The position numbers and the translations under genes are program-made. The notes below the pieces were generated by a model. That model did not search any database. It saw only the letters and a list, made by a program, of their open reading frames with translations, and was not told where the DNA came from. From an uncultured Candidatus Rokubacteria bacterium (lineage in GTDB: Bacteria > Methylomirabilota > Methylomirabilia > Rokubacteriales > DASRDR01), in NCBI GenBank assembly GCA_963805625.1, contig CAWDVE010000016.1, forward strand, positions 256,001-320,000: DNA of 64,000 bases, given 5' to 3'. How positions within the stretch are numbered: the first letter of the stretch is position 1; each line of letters begins with the position of its first letter. Shown piece by piece: positions 20,914-31,855 of the stretch.

Positions 20914-21696
20914 ATGGGCCTCCTGGACGAGATCGTCGCCCGCAAGCGTGTCGACGTCGCCGCCCGCCGGGCCGCCGTCCCGCGCGGCGCGCTCGCCGCG
21001 CGCGCCGCGACGCTCGCACCCCCGCGGAGTCTCGCCGCGGCGCTGACCCCGCGCGCGGCGGGCGAGGTGCGGATCCTCGCCGAGCTCAAGCGCGCGTCCC
21101 CGGTCAAGGGCATCCTCGCCGATGGATTCGATCCCGTCGCCCGCGCGCCGGAGTACGTCGGGGGCGGGGCTGCGGCCCTCTCCGTGCTCACCGACCCCAA
21201 CTTCCAGGGCAGCCTCGACGACCTGGACACGGTCCGGGCCCGTGTGGACTGTCCGGTGCTCGAGAAGGACTTCGTGATCGACGAGTACCAGCTGTGGGAG
21301 GCGCGGGCCCACGGCGCCGACGCCATCCTGCTCATCGTGGCGATCCTCGAGCCGGATCGCCTCGCCGACCTCTTCCACGGGGCGAAGGGGCTCGGGCTCT
21401 CGGCGCTCGTGGAGGTCCACCGGGAGGCCGAGCTCGACCGTGCGGCGGATTTGGGCGCCGGCCTCATCGGGCTCAACAACCGGGACCTCACGACCTTCCG
21501 GACCGATCTGGCGACCACGGAGCGCCTCGCGCCCCGCGCGCCCGCCGGCGCATGCGTCGTCTCCGAGAGCGGGATCGCGACGCGCGCCGATGTCCTGCGC
21601 GTCCGGGCTGCCGGCGCCCACGCGGTCCTTGTCGGCGAGTCCCTGTCGCGGAGCGGCGATCCTGCCGGGAAGCTCCGGGAGCTGCTGGGGTCATGA
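20914..21696 (+). CDS. trpC: Indole-3-glycerol phosphate synthase
   Basis: AELKRASPVKG, SVLTD, KDFVID, GLNNRDL and VSESGI motifs. Confidence 0.96.
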   Translation: MGLLDEIVARKRVDVAARRAAVPRGALAARAATLAPPRSLAAALTPRAAGEVRILAELKRASPVKGILADGFDPVARAPEYVGGGAAALSVLTDPNFQGSLDDLDTVRARVDCPVLEKDFVIDEYQLWEARAHGADAILLIVAILEPDRLADLFHGAKGLGLSALVEVHREAELDRAADLGAGLIGLNNRDLTTFRTDLATTERLAPRAPAGACVVSESGIATRADVLRVRAAGAHAVLVGESLSRSGDPAGKLRELLGS

Positions 21697-22349
21697 GCTA
21701 CCTGCGCGTCAAGATCTGCGGGATCACCTCCCTCGACGATGCCCTCTGGGCGGTGGAGGCGGGCGCCGACGCCGTCGGGCTCATCTTCGTGGAGGGCACG
21801 CCGCGCTACGTCACGCCCGCCGCCGCCGCGGCGATCGTGGCGGGGTTGCCGCCGCTCGTGTGTCCGGTGGGGGTCTTCTGGGACCATGCGCTGGTTCACG
21901 TGGGCGCCGTGGTTGCCGAGTGCGGGCTCGGCGCCGTGCAGCTCCACGGCGCGGAGCCTCCCGAGATCGTGGCGGGGATGCCGCGGCCCGTGCTGAAGAC
22001 GATCAAGATCCGGGAGGCGGGCGATCTCGCCCAGCTCGACCGCTACAAGCCCGCCGCGTTCCTCCTGGACAGCCCGGTGCGTTGGAGCGAGGGCGAGGTG
22101 CGGGTTCCGATCTCCTGGACGCTCGCTCGCGAGGCGACGGCGCGGGGGCGGGTGATTCTGTCGGCGGGGCTCACGCCCGAGACGGTGGGCGAGGCCGTCC
22201 GCGTGGCGCGGCCGTGGGGCGTCGACGTCAACTCCGGCGTCGAGGCCATGCCGGGCCGGAAGGATCCGGCCAAGGTCGCGCGGTTCATCCGTGCGGCGCG
22301 CGCGGCCGCCGCCCGGCTGGACGAGGCTGGCGAGGGTGGCGGTGGGTAA
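21693..22349 (+). CDS. trpF: Phosphoribosylanthranilate isomerase
   Basis: VKICGIT, VQLHG and GVDVNSGVE motifs. Confidence 0.95.
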   Translation: MSYLRVKICGITSLDDALWAVEAGADAVGLIFVEGTPRYVTPAAAAAIVAGLPPLVCPVGVFWDHALVHVGAVVAECGLGAVQLHGAEPPEIVAGMPRPVLKTIKIREAGDLAQLDRYKPAAFLLDSPVRWSEGEVRVPISWTLAREATARGRVILSAGLTPETVGEAVRVARPWGVDVNSGVEAMPGRKDPAKVARFIRAARAAAARLDEAGEGGGG

Positions 22350-23583
22350 TCAGCCCAAGCGGCCGCGCCTGCCCGATCGCACCGGGCACTTCGGGGTCTT
22401 CGGCGGTCGCTACGTGCCGGAGACCCTCATGACGCCGCTCCTCGAGCTGGAGACGGCGTATCGCGAAGCGCGGCGCGATCCGGCCTTCCGGGAGCGGGTC
22501 GCCCAGCTCTCACGGGAGTACGTCGGCCGCCCGACGCCGCTCACGTTCGCCGAGCGGCTCACCGAGCACGCGGGGGGGGCGCGCATCTACCTCAAGCGCG
22601 AGGACCTCTGCCACACGGGCGCCCACAAGATCAACAACACGCTCGGGCAGGGCCTCCTCGCGGCGCGCATGGCGAAGCCCCGGGTCATCGCAGAGACCGG
22701 AGCCGGGCAGCACGGTGTCGCGACGGCGACCATCACGGCCCTCCTCGGCCTCGAGTGCGAGGTCTACATGGGCGAGGAGGACACGCGGCGCCAGGCCCTC
22801 AACGTGTTCCGGATGGAGCTCCTCGGCGCGCGCGTGATCCCCGTGCGCTCGGGCAGCGGGACCCTCAAGGACGCGATGAACGAGGCGCTCCGGGACTGGG
22901 TCACCAACGTCCGGACGACCTACTACTGCATCGGGTCCACCGCCGGCCCGCACCCGTACCCGATGATGGTCCGCGACTTCCAGTCGGTGATCGGACGTGA
23001 GGTGCGACGGCAGCTCCGCGGCCTTCCGGATGTGCTCGTGGCCTGCGTGGGCGGAGGGTCCAACGCGCTCGGCCTCTTCTACCCGTTCCTCGGCGACCGC
23101 GAGGTCCGCCTGGTCGGCGTGGAGGCGGCAGGGGCGGGGCTCCGGAGCGGTCGTCACGCGGCGCCGCTCTCGGCGGGCATGCCGGGCGTGCTTCACGGCA
23201 GCCTGTCCTACGTGATCCAGGACGAGGACGGCCAGATCCTGCCCGCCCACTCCATCTCGGCGGGGCTCGACTACCCGGGCGTTGGCCCCGAGCACTCCTG
23301 GCTGAAGGACACCGGCCGCGCCGAGTACGTTGCGGTGACCGACGAGGAGGCGCTCGAGGCCCTGGGCCTCCTCACGCGGCTCGAGGGCATCATCCCGGCG
23401 CTCGAGTCGGCCCATGCCGTGGCCCACGCCGTCCGCCTTGCCGCCACGCTGCCGCGCGAGGCTCGTTTGGTCATCGGGCTCTCGGGCCGCGGCGACAAGG
23501 ACGTCGACACCGTTCGCGCCGCCCGGGCCGCCGCGCACGGCGGGGCTGGCCGGAAGACCGGGGAGCACCGTGTCGCGCATTGA
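22342..23583 (+). CDS. trpB: Tryptophan synthase beta chain
   Basis: [40 protein letters not shown] and LSGRGDKD motifs. Confidence 0.98.
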   Translation: MGNQPKRPRLPDRTGHFGVFGGRYVPETLMTPLLELETAYREARRDPAFRERVAQLSREYVGRPTPLTFAERLTEHAGGARIYLKREDLCHTGAHKINNTLGQGLLAARMAKPRVIAETGAGQHGVATATITALLGLECEVYMGEEDTRRQALNVFRMELLGARVIPVRSGSGTLKDAMNEALRDWVTNVRTTYYCIGSTAGPHPYPMMVRDFQSVIGREVRRQLRGLPDVLVACVGGGSNALGLFYPFLGDREVRLVGVEAAGAGLRSGRHAAPLSAGMPGVLHGSLSYVIQDEDGQILPAHSISAGLDYPGVGPEHSWLKDTGRAEYVAVTDEEALEALGLLTRLEGIIPALESAHAVAHAVRLAATLPREARLVIGLSGRGDKDVDTVRAARAAAHGGAGRKTGEHRVAH

Positions 23584-24400
23584 CGAGGCGTTCGCCCGCC
23601 TCCGCCGCCGGGGCGAGCGCGCGCTCGTCCCGTACTTCTGTGCCGGAGACCCGAATCTCGAGGTGACCGCCCGGCTGGTCGAGGAGGCGGACGCCCGCGG
23701 CGCGGATGTGATCGAGGTGGGCCTGCCCTTCTCCGATCCCCTGGCGGACGGCCCGACGATCCAGCGGGCCGCCGTCCGCGCGCTCGAGCGGGGGACGAGC
23801 CTTTACCGGCTCCTGCCCGTGCTCGCGGGGGTTACCGGCCGGATCCGAGCGCCGCTGGTCGTCATGACCTACCTCAACCCGCTCTACCGGTACGGGTTCG
23901 ACCGGGTGACGCACGATCTCGCGAAGGCGGGGGTGGCGGGGCTGATCGTGCCCGACTGCCCGATCGACGAGAGCCGGCCGCTCGCGCGGGCGGCCGAGAC
24001 CGCGGGCCTCGACCTGGTCGCGCTCGCGGCGCCGACGAGCGGGCCGGAGCGGCTCCGCCGGATCGCGCGCGCGAGCCGCGGGTTCGTCTACCTGGTCCCG
24101 CTCACGGGGATCACGGGCGAGCGGACGGAGGTGCCGGCGGAGCTCGTGCGGCTCGTGCGGGACCTCCGAAGCGTCACGACCAAGCCCATCGGCGTCGGCT
24201 TCGGGATCTCGACACCCGCCCAGGTGGCCGCGGTCGTCCAGCACGCCGACGGCGCCATCGTTGGCAGCGCTATCGTCCGGCTGGTGGAGCGTCTGGCCGA
24301 GGATCCCGCGCTGGTGACGAAGGTCGGGGACTTCATCGCCCGCCTCAAGGCCGCCACGCGCGCCGCGACCGCCGGCAACGGCGGTGGTCCGGTGGAGTAG
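23570..24400 (+). CDS. trpA: Tryptophan synthase alpha chain
   Basis: [22 protein letters not shown] and ADGAIVGSA motifs. Confidence 0.97.
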   Translation: MSRIDEAFARLRRRGERALVPYFCAGDPNLEVTARLVEEADARGADVIEVGLPFSDPLADGPTIQRAAVRALERGTSLYRLLPVLAGVTGRIRAPLVVMTYLNPLYRYGFDRVTHDLAKAGVAGLIVPDCPIDESRPLARAAETAGLDLVALAAPTSGPERLRRIARASRGFVYLVPLTGITGERTEVPAELVRLVRDLRSVTTKPIGVGFGISTPAQVAAVVQHADGAIVGSAIVRLVERLAEDPALVTKVGDFIARLKAATRAATAGNGGGPVE

Positions 24401-24410
24401 GGGCACCGCC

Positions 24411-25258
<848 letters not shown>

Positions 25259-25262
<4 letters not shown>

Positions 25263-26560
25263 CCGCTCCCCTCGAGCGGCTCCTGGGCCTCGCGCGCTGG
25301 GAGCGCGCGGGGATGCGGCTCGGGCTCGATCGCATCGAGGCGCTCCTCGCCGCGCTCGACCACCCGGAGGCAGCGCTCCGCATCGTTCACATCGGCGGAA
25401 CCAACGGGAAGGGCTCGGTCGCCGCGCTGACGGCGGCGATCCTCCGGGCGGCGGGACTCCGCACGGGCCTCTACACCTCGCCTCACCTGCTCGAGGTGAT
25501 GGAGCGGGTTCGCATCGATGGCCTCGCGGTGCCGCGGGAGGTCCTGGCCCGCCACGCCGCACGGATCGAGCCCGCGCTCGACACCGGCGCGGCCACGTTC
25601 TTCGAGGCGATGACGGCCGTGGCGCTGGCGGTGTTCCAGGAAGCCGGCGTCGAGGCGGCTGTCCTCGAGGTGGGGCTCGGGGGCCGCTGGGACGCAACGA
25701 ACGTGGGCCACCCGCTCGTGTCGGTGGTGACGCGGATCGACTACGACCACCAGGAGTTTCTCGGTCGCCGGCTCGAGGACATCGCCGGCGAGAAGGCCGG
25801 CATCATCCGGGGCGGCACGGCGGTGTCGGCGGCCCAGGCGCCGGAGGCCATGACGGTCATCGAGGCGCGGTGCCGGGCCGTCGGGGTTCCCCTCCTCGTG
25901 GAGGGACGCGAGCTCGCGGTCGAGACGCTTGCGAGCGATCTCGAGGGCCACCGGCTCCGCCTCCGCGGCCCGGGCTTCAGCTACGACGATGTCCGGCTCG
26001 CGCTGCCCGGGCTCTTCCAGCCCGGCAATGCCGTGCTCGCGGTCGGGGCGGTCCGGGCCTTCGCGGCAGCGTCGGACCTGGCGGTCCCCGAGGCCGCCGT
26101 GCGGGCCGGGTGCGCGGACGTGCGGTGGCCGGGGCGCTTCCAGGTCATCGCCGGTGCTGCGAGGCGGCCGACGCTCGTCCTCGACGGCGCTCACAACCCG
26201 GCCGGTGCCGCGGCGTTGGCCGTCTCGCTCGGCTACCACTTTGCCGGGCGCCGGCTCGCGCTGGTGCTCGGCGTCTCGGCGGACAAGGACCGGGTCGGGA
26301 TCCTGAAGGCACTGGCGCCGCTGGCGTCCCGGATCTACCTCGCCCCCGCAGACCACCCGCGGGCGACGCCACCAAAGGAGCTCCTCGACCAGCTGCCGCC
26401 GGTGGAGGCGGACGTCGTGCTCACCTCGGGCTCCGAGGAGGCCCTCGAGCGGGCGCTCGGTGAGCCTGGGATCGACGTGGTCTGCGTTGCGGGCTCGCTC
26501 TTTCTCGTGGCGGACGCCCTCCGCTGGCTCGGCGCCCGTGGCCTCGTCGCCGCCGTCTGA
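25259..26560 (+). CDS. folC: Folylpolyglutamate synthase/dihydrofolate synthase
   Basis: GTNGKGS, YTSPHL, EVGLGGRWDATN, WPGRFQ and DGAHN motifs. Confidence 0.96.
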
Positions 26561-27632
26561 GGCCGTCCCGGCGAGCCCGGGGCCGGGGCGCGGACCGGCT
26601 CCGTCCGCCGTCGCCACCGAGTACCGCGTCGGCACCGCGTCCTGGCTCGACCAGTCGTTGATCGCCTCCGGGCGCTTCTACCCACGGCCCGCGATGTCGG
26701 CCGAGGACCGGCTCCGCTGGTACGCGCGCTTCTTCGACTGCGTCGAGGTCAACTCCACCTACTACGCGCTGCCCTCGCCGCGGAACGCGGCGCTCTGGGC
26801 GGAGCGCACGCCCCCGGGCTTTCTCTTCCACGTCAAGGCCTACAGCCTCATGACAGGCCACCACCCGCGCCTCGATACCCTTCCGCCCGAGGTTCGCCTT
26901 ATGCTGCCGGAGGATGTCCCGTTGCGGCGCCACGGCGAGCTCGACCGCGAGCGGATCCCACCCGAGGCGCTCGATCGCTGCTTCGAGCTCTTCCGGGCGG
27001 CGCTCGAGCCGCTGGCGGCGGCCGGCAAGCTGGGTTACGTCCTCTTCCAGCTCGCGCCTTGGGTCCGCTACGAGGAGGCAACGCTGGCCTACCTCGCCTC
27101 GCTGCCCGCGCGCCTTCCGGGCTTCACGCTGGCGGTGGAGGTCCGGAACGAGACGTGGATCCCGGAGCGGACGGACGAGGTCGTCGCGTTCCTCGAGCGG
27201 CACGGCCTCGTCCTCGCGACGGTCGACGCCGTGTGGCAGCCGTGGGTGGAGGCGGCGACGACGGCCGAGTGGTCCGTGCTCCGGCTTCACGGCCGGAACC
27301 TCCGGGGCTGGCTCGAGCAGCGCGCCGGCCGCGAGCCGACGGTGGCCGAGAAGTACGACTATCTGTACGGTGCAGAGGAGCTCGGGGAGCTCGCCGGCCG
27401 CGCCCGGCGCCTGCACCGCCACACCCACCGCGTCGCGGTGACCTTCAACAACAACAACGAGGATTTTCCCACGCAGAACGCCCTCGACCTGAAGCGGCTG
27501 CTCGGGCTGGACGCGCCGACCGTCGCCGCCGTGCGCGCCGCGTGGCGGCCGGCGCGGCGGCGGTCGTCGCCTAGCGCGCCCCTGCCGGAGCCGGAGCTTT
27601 GGGAAGACGAGGCGAAGAGGAGGCAGCCGTGA
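26538..27632 (+). CDS. DUF72-family protein (start uncertain)
   Basis: VGTASW, VEVNSTYY, FHVKA, LFQ, AVEVR, RLHGRN, YDYLY and FNN motifs. Confidence 0.88.
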   Translation: MASSPPSEAVPASPGPGRGPAPSAVATEYRVGTASWLDQSLIASGRFYPRPAMSAEDRLRWYARFFDCVEVNSTYYALPSPRNAALWAERTPPGFLFHVKAYSLMTGHHPRLDTLPPEVRLMLPEDVPLRRHGELDRERIPPEALDRCFELFRAALEPLAAAGKLGYVLFQLAPWVRYEEATLAYLASLPARLPGFTLAVEVRNETWIPERTDEVVAFLERHGLVLATVDAVWQPWVEAATTAEWSVLRLHGRNLRGWLEQRAGREPTVAEKYDYLYGAEELGELAGRARRLHRHTHRVAVTFNNNNEDFPTQNALDLKRLLGLDAPTVAAVRAAWRPARRRSSPSAPLPEPELWEDEAKRRQP

Positions 27633-28297
27633 CGCCAACCGACATGCCCGGAGCAGGTGTCCCCGGACGCGTCGTCGACGACCGGATCGTCCCGGCTGGC
27701 GGCGAGTGGTCAGGCGTCGTGCCCGCGGGGCAGGTCCTCCGGATCGTGGATCTCGAGGGCCGTCAGGCGGTGGACTTTCTCTGCTACAGCGCCGCCGATC
27801 CGAGCGAGCGGTACAACGCCGCCGACACGATGAAGTTCGCGGGGACCATTTTCCTGACGACGGGCCACGGTCTCTACTCGGGGCTGGGGCGGCGCCTCTT
27901 CACCATCGTCGCCGACACCTGCGGTCGCCACGACACGATCGGCGGCTGCTGCAGTTCCGAGTCCAACCGCCTCCGCTACGGCGTCGAGGGGACGCCAAAC
28001 TGCCGGGACAACTTCCTCCGGGCCCTCGCGCGGTTCGGGCTGGGCCGGAAGGACGTCGTCGCCAACCTGAACTTCTTCATGAACGTCCCGGTCATGGGCG
28101 ACGGCGCGATGGCGATCGTCGACGGATGGTCGAAGCCGGGCGACCACGTGGACCTCCGGGCGGAGATGGACGTACTGGCCGCCGTGTCCAACTGCCCGCA
28201 GATCTACAATCCGTGCAACGGCGGGCGGCCGACCCCGATCCGGCTGGTGACCTACGAGCCGGCCGTCACGCCCGCGGGAACCCCGGCGTCTTCTTGA
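27629..28297 (+). CDS. DUF1989/urea carboxylase-associated family protein
   Basis: LRIVDLEGRQAVD, DTCGRHDTIGGCC, NFFMNVP, AEMDV and SNCPQ..NPCNG motifs. Confidence 0.9.
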   Translation: MTPTDMPGAGVPGRVVDDRIVPAGGEWSGVVPAGQVLRIVDLEGRQAVDFLCYSAADPSERYNAADTMKFAGTIFLTTGHGLYSGLGRRLFTIVADTCGRHDTIGGCCSSESNRLRYGVEGTPNCRDNFLRALARFGLGRKDVVANLNFFMNVPVMGDGAMAIVDGWSKPGDHVDLRAEMDVLAAVSNCPQIYNPCNGGRPTPIRLVTYEPAVTPAGTPASS

Positions 28298-28805
28298 TCC
28301 GCCGGATCTGCTCGAGGTGGTCGCGATCGTGATGGGCCTGGAGCATCCACCACTGGCCAAGGTCCATCTCGCCGAGCGTGAAGTGGCGCCACGTGAACGA
28401 GCGAGGGTCGACGGCCGCCAGCCGCTCGAGCGACTGACGGCTCCGCTCGCGGGCGGCCCGCATGTCGTGGAGGAGCTGCCCGATCGGGTGGCCCTTCTCG
28501 GGGCGAACGACGGGCGGCGCCTCGCGGGGGCCCGGCGGCCAGGCGGGCACGGGGGCGAACCCGGTGAGATCGGGCGGGTAGAGCGCGACCGCGCTGCCCG
28601 TCTCCTTGAGGAGCTTCGAGGTGAGCTTGCCGGTGTTGATCTCGGCGAGCGTGAGGTGGTGGAGGATCTCGCCCACCGACCAGTCGTCAGCGGTCGGGCG
28701 CCAGTCCGCCTGGGCCTGCGAGAGGCCATCCGCCTCGCGGTGGACCTCCGCGCGCACGGCGTCGAGATCGCGGGCGAGGGCGTCGAGGGCGGCGGGCAGC
28801 GTCAT
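28266..28805 (-). CDS. DinB-family protein
   Basis: WSVGEILHHL and HHDRDHLEQI motifs. Confidence 0.85.
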   Translation of the reverse strand: MTLPAALDALARDLDAVRAEVHREADGLSQAQADWRPTADDWSVGEILHHLTLAEINTGKLTSKLLKETGSAVALYPPDLTGFAPVPAWPPGPREAPPVVRPEKGHPIGQLLHDMRAARERSRQSLERLAAVDPRSFTWRHFTLGEMDLGQWWMLQAHHDRDHLEQIRRIKKTPGFPRA

Positions 28806-28911
28806 GGCCGTCTCCTCCGGGGCGGTGCATGGTGGCCGAGGGACCGCGCGTGCCGGCGCGGTCGTCGGGGCGGATTATAGCGCGGTCGCCACTCGATTGA
28901 AGGAGCGCGAC

Positions 28912-29811
28912 ATGACCACAGAGCTCAGGGGCGTCATCCCCATCACCGCCACGCCGTTCGACGCCGCCGGCCAGGTGGACGAGGCCAGCATCGCGACGCT
29001 GGTCGAGTTCGAGGCGCGCTGCGGCGTCCACGGATTGAACGTGCTGGGCATCATGGGCGAGGCCCACAAGCTGTCCGAGGGCGAGCGCCGCCGCGTGGCC
29101 GAGGTGTTCGTCAAGTGCGCCGCAGGCCGATTTCCGATCGTGGTGGGGACCTCGCACGGGGGAACGGCCGTGGTGATCGAGCTCTCCCAGGCGGCGGAGG
29201 CCGCGGGCGCCGCGGCCGTCATGGTAGCGCCGCCGATCGGGCTTCGCGGCGACGCCGCGATCCTCGCGCACTACCGGGCCGTGGCGGGCGCGATCGGGAT
29301 CCCCGTCGTCGTCCAGGACGAGCCGGTCACCACGGGCGTTCTCATGTCACCCGAGCTGCTCGTTTGCATCGCGACCGAGGTTCCCGCGTGCCGGTACGTG
29401 AAGCTCGAGGAGCCGCCGACGCCCACCAAGATCACCGCCATGCGGCGGCTCGCGGGCAGCGACGGCGTGCGGATCTTCGGCGGCATGAACGCGATGTACT
29501 TCTACGAGGAACTGTCGCGCGGCGCGGTCGGGATCATGACCGGGGTGGCGGTCCCCGACCTTCTCGTGCGGATCTACACGACGTTCGCGCGGGGCGACCG
29601 CGCCGGCGCGGCGGCGATCTTCGACCGCCACGCGTCCTACATCCGCTACGAGGGGCAGCAGGGGATCGGGCTCGCGCTCCGGAAGGAGGTCCTGCGCCTT
29701 CGCGGCGCCATCGCGGCCAGCGTGGTCCGCCAGCCCGGGCCGACCCTCGACGACGTGACGCGGCGGGAGCTCGGCGACATCCTCGCGCGTCTCGGGATCC
29801 TGGGGACGTAG
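28912..29811 (+). CDS. Dihydrodipicolinate synthase family aldolase
   Basis: TPFD, GIMGE and YVKLE Schiff-base Lys. Strong RBS (AAGGAG). Confidence 0.88.
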   Translation: MTTELRGVIPITATPFDAAGQVDEASIATLVEFEARCGVHGLNVLGIMGEAHKLSEGERRRVAEVFVKCAAGRFPIVVGTSHGGTAVVIELSQAAEAAGAAAVMVAPPIGLRGDAAILAHYRAVAGAIGIPVVVQDEPVTTGVLMSPELLVCIATEVPACRYVKLEEPPTPTKITAMRRLAGSDGVRIFGGMNAMYFYEELSRGAVGIMTGVAVPDLLVRIYTTFARGDRAGAAAIFDRHASYIRYEGQQGIGLALRKEVLRLRGAIAASVVRQPGPTLDDVTRRELGDILARLGILGT

Positions 29812-29889
29812 CCCCCGACGCGCCGCCGGATCCCGTGCCTGCGGCGCCGCTGCGTTCTACCCGGCGAGCCCGGCGTCGACCGTGGTTCT

Positions 29890-30504
29890 TCAGAGTCCAA
29901 GGGGGAATCCTGCCAGGCTTCGTACCGTGATGGCTTCACCGAGATGCACCGCGTTGTGCCGGATGGCGGAGCCGGCGAGCTGCGCGGCCCGCGTATGACC
30001 CTGCCACGGCTTGTACCCCACGCCTTCCACCCACGCGGTGTTCGGCGCGAAGGCGCCAGCTGCGGCGGCGCGGGCCGTGTCGACCAGCCCCACGATGTCG
30101 TTCCAGGAGTCTGGCCGGAGCCCGGAGACGACATCCTGGGTCTGCCGTCCGACGGCGGACCGGTAGGCTCGCACGGCGTCGACGTCGGCGCGTCTGGTCA
30201 GCTCGGCGACCTCGCCGTCGGTCATCCCGGTGCCGATGGTGCCCGAAGGCACGTTCATGCGCCGGGTCCAGTCGTCGTCCAGGACCTGCCGGCCGTTCGC
30301 GACGACGAGATTGACGGCGGCGTCCTCGGTCCGCGCCATGTGCCACAAGAGCCAGACCAGCGAGTTGAGGCGGTCAGCTGGACGGGCCCGCATCTGCTCG
30401 TTGGTCACACCACCGAAGACCCGATCGGCGAACGATGCGCCACCACCGTCCTCGAACGAGTGCAGGTGACCGTGCTGCAGAAGAAAGAAACCCAGGGTGT
30501 CCAT
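29890..30504 (-). CDS. DinB-family protein
   Basis: NSLVWLLWHMARTED and HNAVHLGE motifs. Confidence 0.82.
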   Translation of the reverse strand: MDTLGFFLLQHGHLHSFEDGGGASFADRVFGGVTNEQMRARPADRLNSLVWLLWHMARTEDAAVNLVVANGRQVLDDDWTRRMNVPSGTIGTGMTDGEVAELTRRADVDAVRAYRSAVGRQTQDVVSGLRPDSWNDIVGLVDTARAAAAGAFAPNTAWVEGVGYKPWQGHTRAAQLAGSAIRHNAVHLGEAITVRSLAGFPLGL

Positions 30505-30572
30505 GCTGGTCCTCCGCCCGCCGGGCAGTCTCTGGGTCCGCGCGCGCCATCCCCGGGGCGTGATCTGGGTGG

Positions 30573-31022
30573 CTAGCGCCAGAGCGTCAGCGCAAGCAGG
30601 AGTGCGGCAAGGATCAGTGCCGCCAGACGCCAACGGGCTGTCACGCGCGAGGGCTCCTCACCCGGCTGGGCTCCTCGATCCTCGCATGGCGCGTAGAACT
30701 CGAGCTCCGTCGCATCGGTGCGCTTGCGGATCACGGTCCAGAGGGCCTGGTCGGGCGTGGGCTCGCCTGCGGCGCGCTCCAGCGAGACAGGCAGAGGGGT
30801 CTCGGGCGCGATCGTCAGGGAGAGCCGGCCGCCATGCGGCAGGGACTTGCCGTGGACGCCGTCACCGAACGAGATGACCGTGCCGCCTTCGTCGCTGACG
30901 CGAACCGTGAATACCCGGCTGCCCGGCCCGCAGTCGGCCAGCGTCGAGCGGAGCGACCATCGCTCGCCGTTTACCGTGAGGGTGACGGGCTTCTGGTCAC
31001 GCGATGCCATGGTCTCCATCAC
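30573..31022 (-). CDS. Hypothetical protein with baseplate-like FGDG motif and C-terminal TM
   Basis: VNGERW..LADCGPGSRVF..GGTVISFGDGVHGKSLP followed by a terminal hydrophobic helix. Confidence 0.6.
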   Translation of the reverse strand: MMETMASRDQKPVTLTVNGERWSLRSTLADCGPGSRVFTVRVSDEGGTVISFGDGVHGKSLPHGGRLSLTIAPETPLPVSLERAAGEPTPDQALWTVIRKRTDATELEFYAPCEDRGAQPGEEPSRVTARWRLAALILAALLLALTLWR

Positions 31023-31187
31023 AACTGGGTACCAGGCGGCCCCGGGTCAGCATAGTCGAGCCCGCTGGGGGCAGGCAATCGCCGCTCGGCCTCGGGGCAC
31101 GCCCGCGATTCCCGGGACGAGGCTCTGGCGGCGCCGGGAAGCACATGGACCATGGATTTATCTGTCTTGATGAGTGGTTGCGGAACG

Positions 31188-31216
31188 GGAACTGGATGAC
31201 GGCCAGGTCGGTCCAA
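31188..31216 (+). promoter_or_regulatory. ECF (sigmaE-like) promoter upstream of the sigma gene
   Basis: GGAACT-N17-GTCCAA; the same motif recurs at 33114. Confidence 0.6.
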
Positions 31217-31294
31217 GGAAGTAGAGGGAGGCACGTGTCAGCTTGTTCGGGTGTCGCCGTCTGCGCTAGGCTCGGGCCGTGGGTAGCGGCACCC

Positions 31295-31855
31295 GTGGCT
31301 GAGCCGGCGCCAGGCGACTCCGCGGAGTTCGTGAGCCGGCTCCGGGCGGGCGACCGCCGGGCGTTCGAGGAGCTCGTGCGAACCCAGCAGCACCGCGTCT
31401 ACGGGCTCGCCCTCCGCATGCTCGGGAACGCCGCCGAGGCCCAGGACGTCGCTCAGGAGGCGTTCCTCCGGGCTCACCGGGGGCTCGCCGAGTTCCGGGG
31501 TGACGCGCGGCTGTCCACCTGGCTCTACGCGATCGTCTCGCGGCTCTGTCTCAACCGGCTGGCCGGCAGCGAGCGCCGGCTCGCCCGCGACGGCGAGGAG
31601 ACGCTGGCGCGGCTGGCCGATGCCCGCCCGGGCCCGGACCTGGCACTCGAGCGGGGCGAGCTCGAGGAGGCACTCCACCGCGCGATCGGCGAGCTTGCCG
31701 AGGAGCGACGCATCGTCGTCGTGCTGCGGGACGTGGAGGGGCTCGCGTACGAAGAGATCGCCGAGGTGCTCGAGCTCCCCGTGGGGACCGTGCGCTCCAG
31801 GCTCCACCGCGCGCGGCTCGACCTCAAGGAAAAGCTGGAGCGGTTCTTCCCGTGA
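31295..31855 (+). CDS. ECF RNA polymerase sigma factor (alternative GTG start at 31235)
   Basis: AQDVAQEAF, STWLYAI and YEEIAEVLELPVGTVRSRLHRAR motifs. Confidence 0.93.
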   Translation: MAEPAPGDSAEFVSRLRAGDRRAFEELVRTQQHRVYGLALRMLGNAAEAQDVAQEAFLRAHRGLAEFRGDARLSTWLYAIVSRLCLNRLAGSERRLARDGEETLARLADARPGPDLALERGELEEALHRAIGELAEERRIVVVLRDVEGLAYEEIAEVLELPVGTVRSRLHRARLDLKEKLERFFP

